Assembly (NCBI GenBank): GCA_900617105.1
Contig: UYFQ01000500.1
Span: forward strand, 1-36,249
DNA: 36,249 nucleotides
Direction: 5' to 3'
Origin: Hydrurus foetidus
Lineage: Eukaryota
The position numbers and the translations under genes were made by a program. The notes beneath the pieces were generated by a model that did not search any database, was not told the origin of the DNA, and saw only the letters and a program-made list of their open reading frames with translations. Of the stretch, positions 34,141 through 36,249 are shown piece by piece (position 1 is the first letter of the stretch; each line of letters starts with the position of its first letter).

Positions 34141-35680
34141 TTCCATTACCTTGTTTTTTGTTTCTGCGGTTCTCCGCGTGTTGGGCATTTGTAGCGGGGT
34201 CGTGCGCCGGGGGCTGCGTACCCTCGAAACGAGTTCGCTTGAACTGATTCTTGGGTGGATATAACATACCCACTTTGAATTCAGACTGAGGTATGTTCAG
34301 GTGTTGGGTCTCGTACCCTGGAAGTTTGACTCCCGCATCATAGGCTTGGAACCCATGGTGAAGCCACAGGTGACCCATCGTGGAGTCCTTCCATAGCAGA
34401 TGGAGTTCATTGTTGGCGTCTGAAAAGAACAGAGCCGGACAGTCTCGGACCTCATGTCCGGCATGTCCACACGAGCGACATGGTGGAGGTGGCGGTTGGG
34501 GCTGCATCTGGACCGGAGGGTCATTTGATGTTCTCCTTGCCAAGGGAGCGGTAGCTTGCACCGTTTGCATAGGTTGAGCAAGGGGAGGGAGAGGCAGTGC
34601 TGCTAGTGCTGATTTAGCATAGACAGCAGCAGAGAATGATCTCTGTTCAAGTATGATCTTCTGTTGTGCTTTTGGTACCTGGGTTACTCGCTCATCATAG
34701 CGGCTCTCTCTCGAGGAGTAAGAGTGTCTCCCAACGGGGTCACCGTAGTTAGCGACTTCTTTGAGAAGCTTACGTACGTGTCCGTTGCACGTTCCAAAAC
34801 GGATGAATGCAGACTCCCAGGTCTCATTCGCAATGGGTTTACCATTGTTACCCTTCACCCTGAAATAATCGTTTTTTAGTTGACTATCAGGTTTGAGTTT
34901 TTTCTCAATCGTTACTATCAGTGCAGCATGCTGCTCTGGAGTGATTGGTTGGGTGTTCTCGTAAGTCGCTGTAAGCGACTTGAGCTTCATGAAAGTTTCA
35001 CTCTCGTAGGTCTCATTCGTGAAAAAAAAATTAATTTCAATTGACGCGAAGTTCACTACGAGGGTCCAACCCACATCATTTTTGCCGCCAAAATATTTCG
35101 TTATGATGGTCGCAGCCTATTTGACTGTAGCATGGTTATACCATGTGGAAAACTTATCTTTAGTAAACTCTGGGTCGCTTGCAAAAGCGTATTGTATGAC
35201 AAAGGTCGCGGGGTCGACGACGACCTGGTGCGTAAAAAAGTTGTCATGCCATTGATTGGCTTGATTTTGAAACTTTGCAGCTTGTTCTCCCGTAATGTTC
35301 GGGGTATATATGACAAACAGCGGTATCTTGAGGTTTAATCCACCGGTAATGCTCTGTTTAAAAGCACTTGCAACCTGCTCCATATTGTACTAAGGAGTAC
35401 GGAGTGGAACATCGACTACGATGGGAACGAGGGTTGACTGCCGCACGTTTTCGATAATCGGGGCGACTGTACTTTCGCCAGCTTCGCCAGCTTCGCCAGC
35501 TTCGCCACGCATCGATGCCTGTTGACACAGTTCAGGTAAGGTCAAGGGCCTATCGGGGTTACTAGTGCTACTAGAGCTACTAGACGTGTTACTCGGGCTC
35601 GATTTACTCGGAGAGTTCTCGATATCACTCTCTTCAGAGTAATCGTAATTGTCTCGTGGTATTTCTCCACCATCTTCCAA
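34141..35680 (-). pseudogene. gag: gag with CCHC zinc knuckle and two in-frame TAG stops
   Basis: ORFs 35390-35680, 35117-35383 and 33938-35074 share one frame, separated only by TAG at 35390 and 35117. CRSCGHAGHEVRDC (Cx2Cx4Hx4C) lies at 34439-34480. Confidence 0.85.
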
Positions 35681-36249
35681 GTCAGGTAGCCCATGACGGT
35701 GTGAATTGGAAGGAACGGCGTCAATTTACATTGACTCCTCTCCAGTTTCATACGGAGTCACTGCTAAATAATCAGCAGGTAAATTTGACATCAGCTCCAA
35801 ATTTGAATTTGAGGGTTCTCGCTGTGTAAGCGGTATTGTTTGGTCTCTTTGCGGAACAGAAACACGTCGCAAAGGCTGTATAGGTGATTTCTTCACCATG
35901 AATTGGGGTATCTACGAGATAATTCGACTCGTGAAGTCGAAAATATATTCGGGTCTGTTTCGTATGGAAACAGCGATTCCGCCAACTCGTCAAGCGAGGA
36001 TTCAAGCTCAGCGAGATGCACTCTCGGAATGTTTTTGCAACCAAGTAGATTGCTTGGGTTTGAGGTGGTTGGAATCACCACCGGGAACGTCGACGTATAA
36101 GTCGGTGCAGAAAGAGAATTAAAATCAGATGAAACAGACAAGAAATCATGGGTTTCAAGCAAATTTTGCAAGGCTTCTGGGGGAAACTTTGGTATACAGC
36201 GTAGCGAGCTCAAAAGAACTCGCTGAACAACTGGTCTAGGCTTAAAAGC

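Larger units (their letters stand above)
31722..35744 (-). mobile_element. Defective Ty3/Gypsy element (element 2), related to element 1; probably extends beyond 35744, 5' LTR not seen
   Basis: Gag with a CCHC knuckle, partial protease, RT, then 3' UTR, PPT and LTR. RNase H, integrase and chromodomain are missing. Confidence 0.92.

Noticed and set aside
29614..35392. TAG reassigned to Gln (alternative genetic code), since several interruptions are TAG and one aligns with CAG
   Set aside because: The long open frames (1063-aa pol, 351-aa SDR, Gln-rich repeat unit) contain no in-frame TAG, and the TAGs occur only in sequences with other lesions.
35745..36249. ORFs of 65-106 aa, or the 5' LTR of element 2
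   Set aside because: No recognisable domain and no extended match to 31722-31909. Possibly element leader sequence, but undetermined.

Overview
Eukaryotic nuclear DNA, most likely from a plastid-bearing stramenopile (ochrophyte-like alga). This is inferred from a signal-peptide plus 'A|F' plastid presequence and from GT-AG introns. From left to right the window holds: (1) a chromodomain-bearing Ty3/Gypsy LTR retrotransposon (+) with an open RT-RNase H-integrase-chromodomain frame, a frameshifted protease, no gag body, and a 525-bp 3' LTR that cuts off a decayed nitrilase (NIT2-like) gene; (2) an atypical-SDR NAD(P)-binding gene with a tripartite plastid/thylakoid-type presequence; (3) a candidate 96-aa spliced gene that the ORF track sees only in part; (4) a ~19.4-kb gene (-) built from ~22.7 near-identical 810-bp units, each made of five 54-aa proline-free helical subrepeats; (5) a 7-bp satellite that flips into inverted repeats; (6) a second, related but rearranged and deleted Gypsy element (-). 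The most striking item is the giant repeat protein. 54 residues equal 15 alpha-helical turns and about 8.1 nm, the tubulin-dimer spacing, which suggests a micron-scale microtubule-binding filament or ruler. That function is inference, and the copy number could be distorted by assembly.
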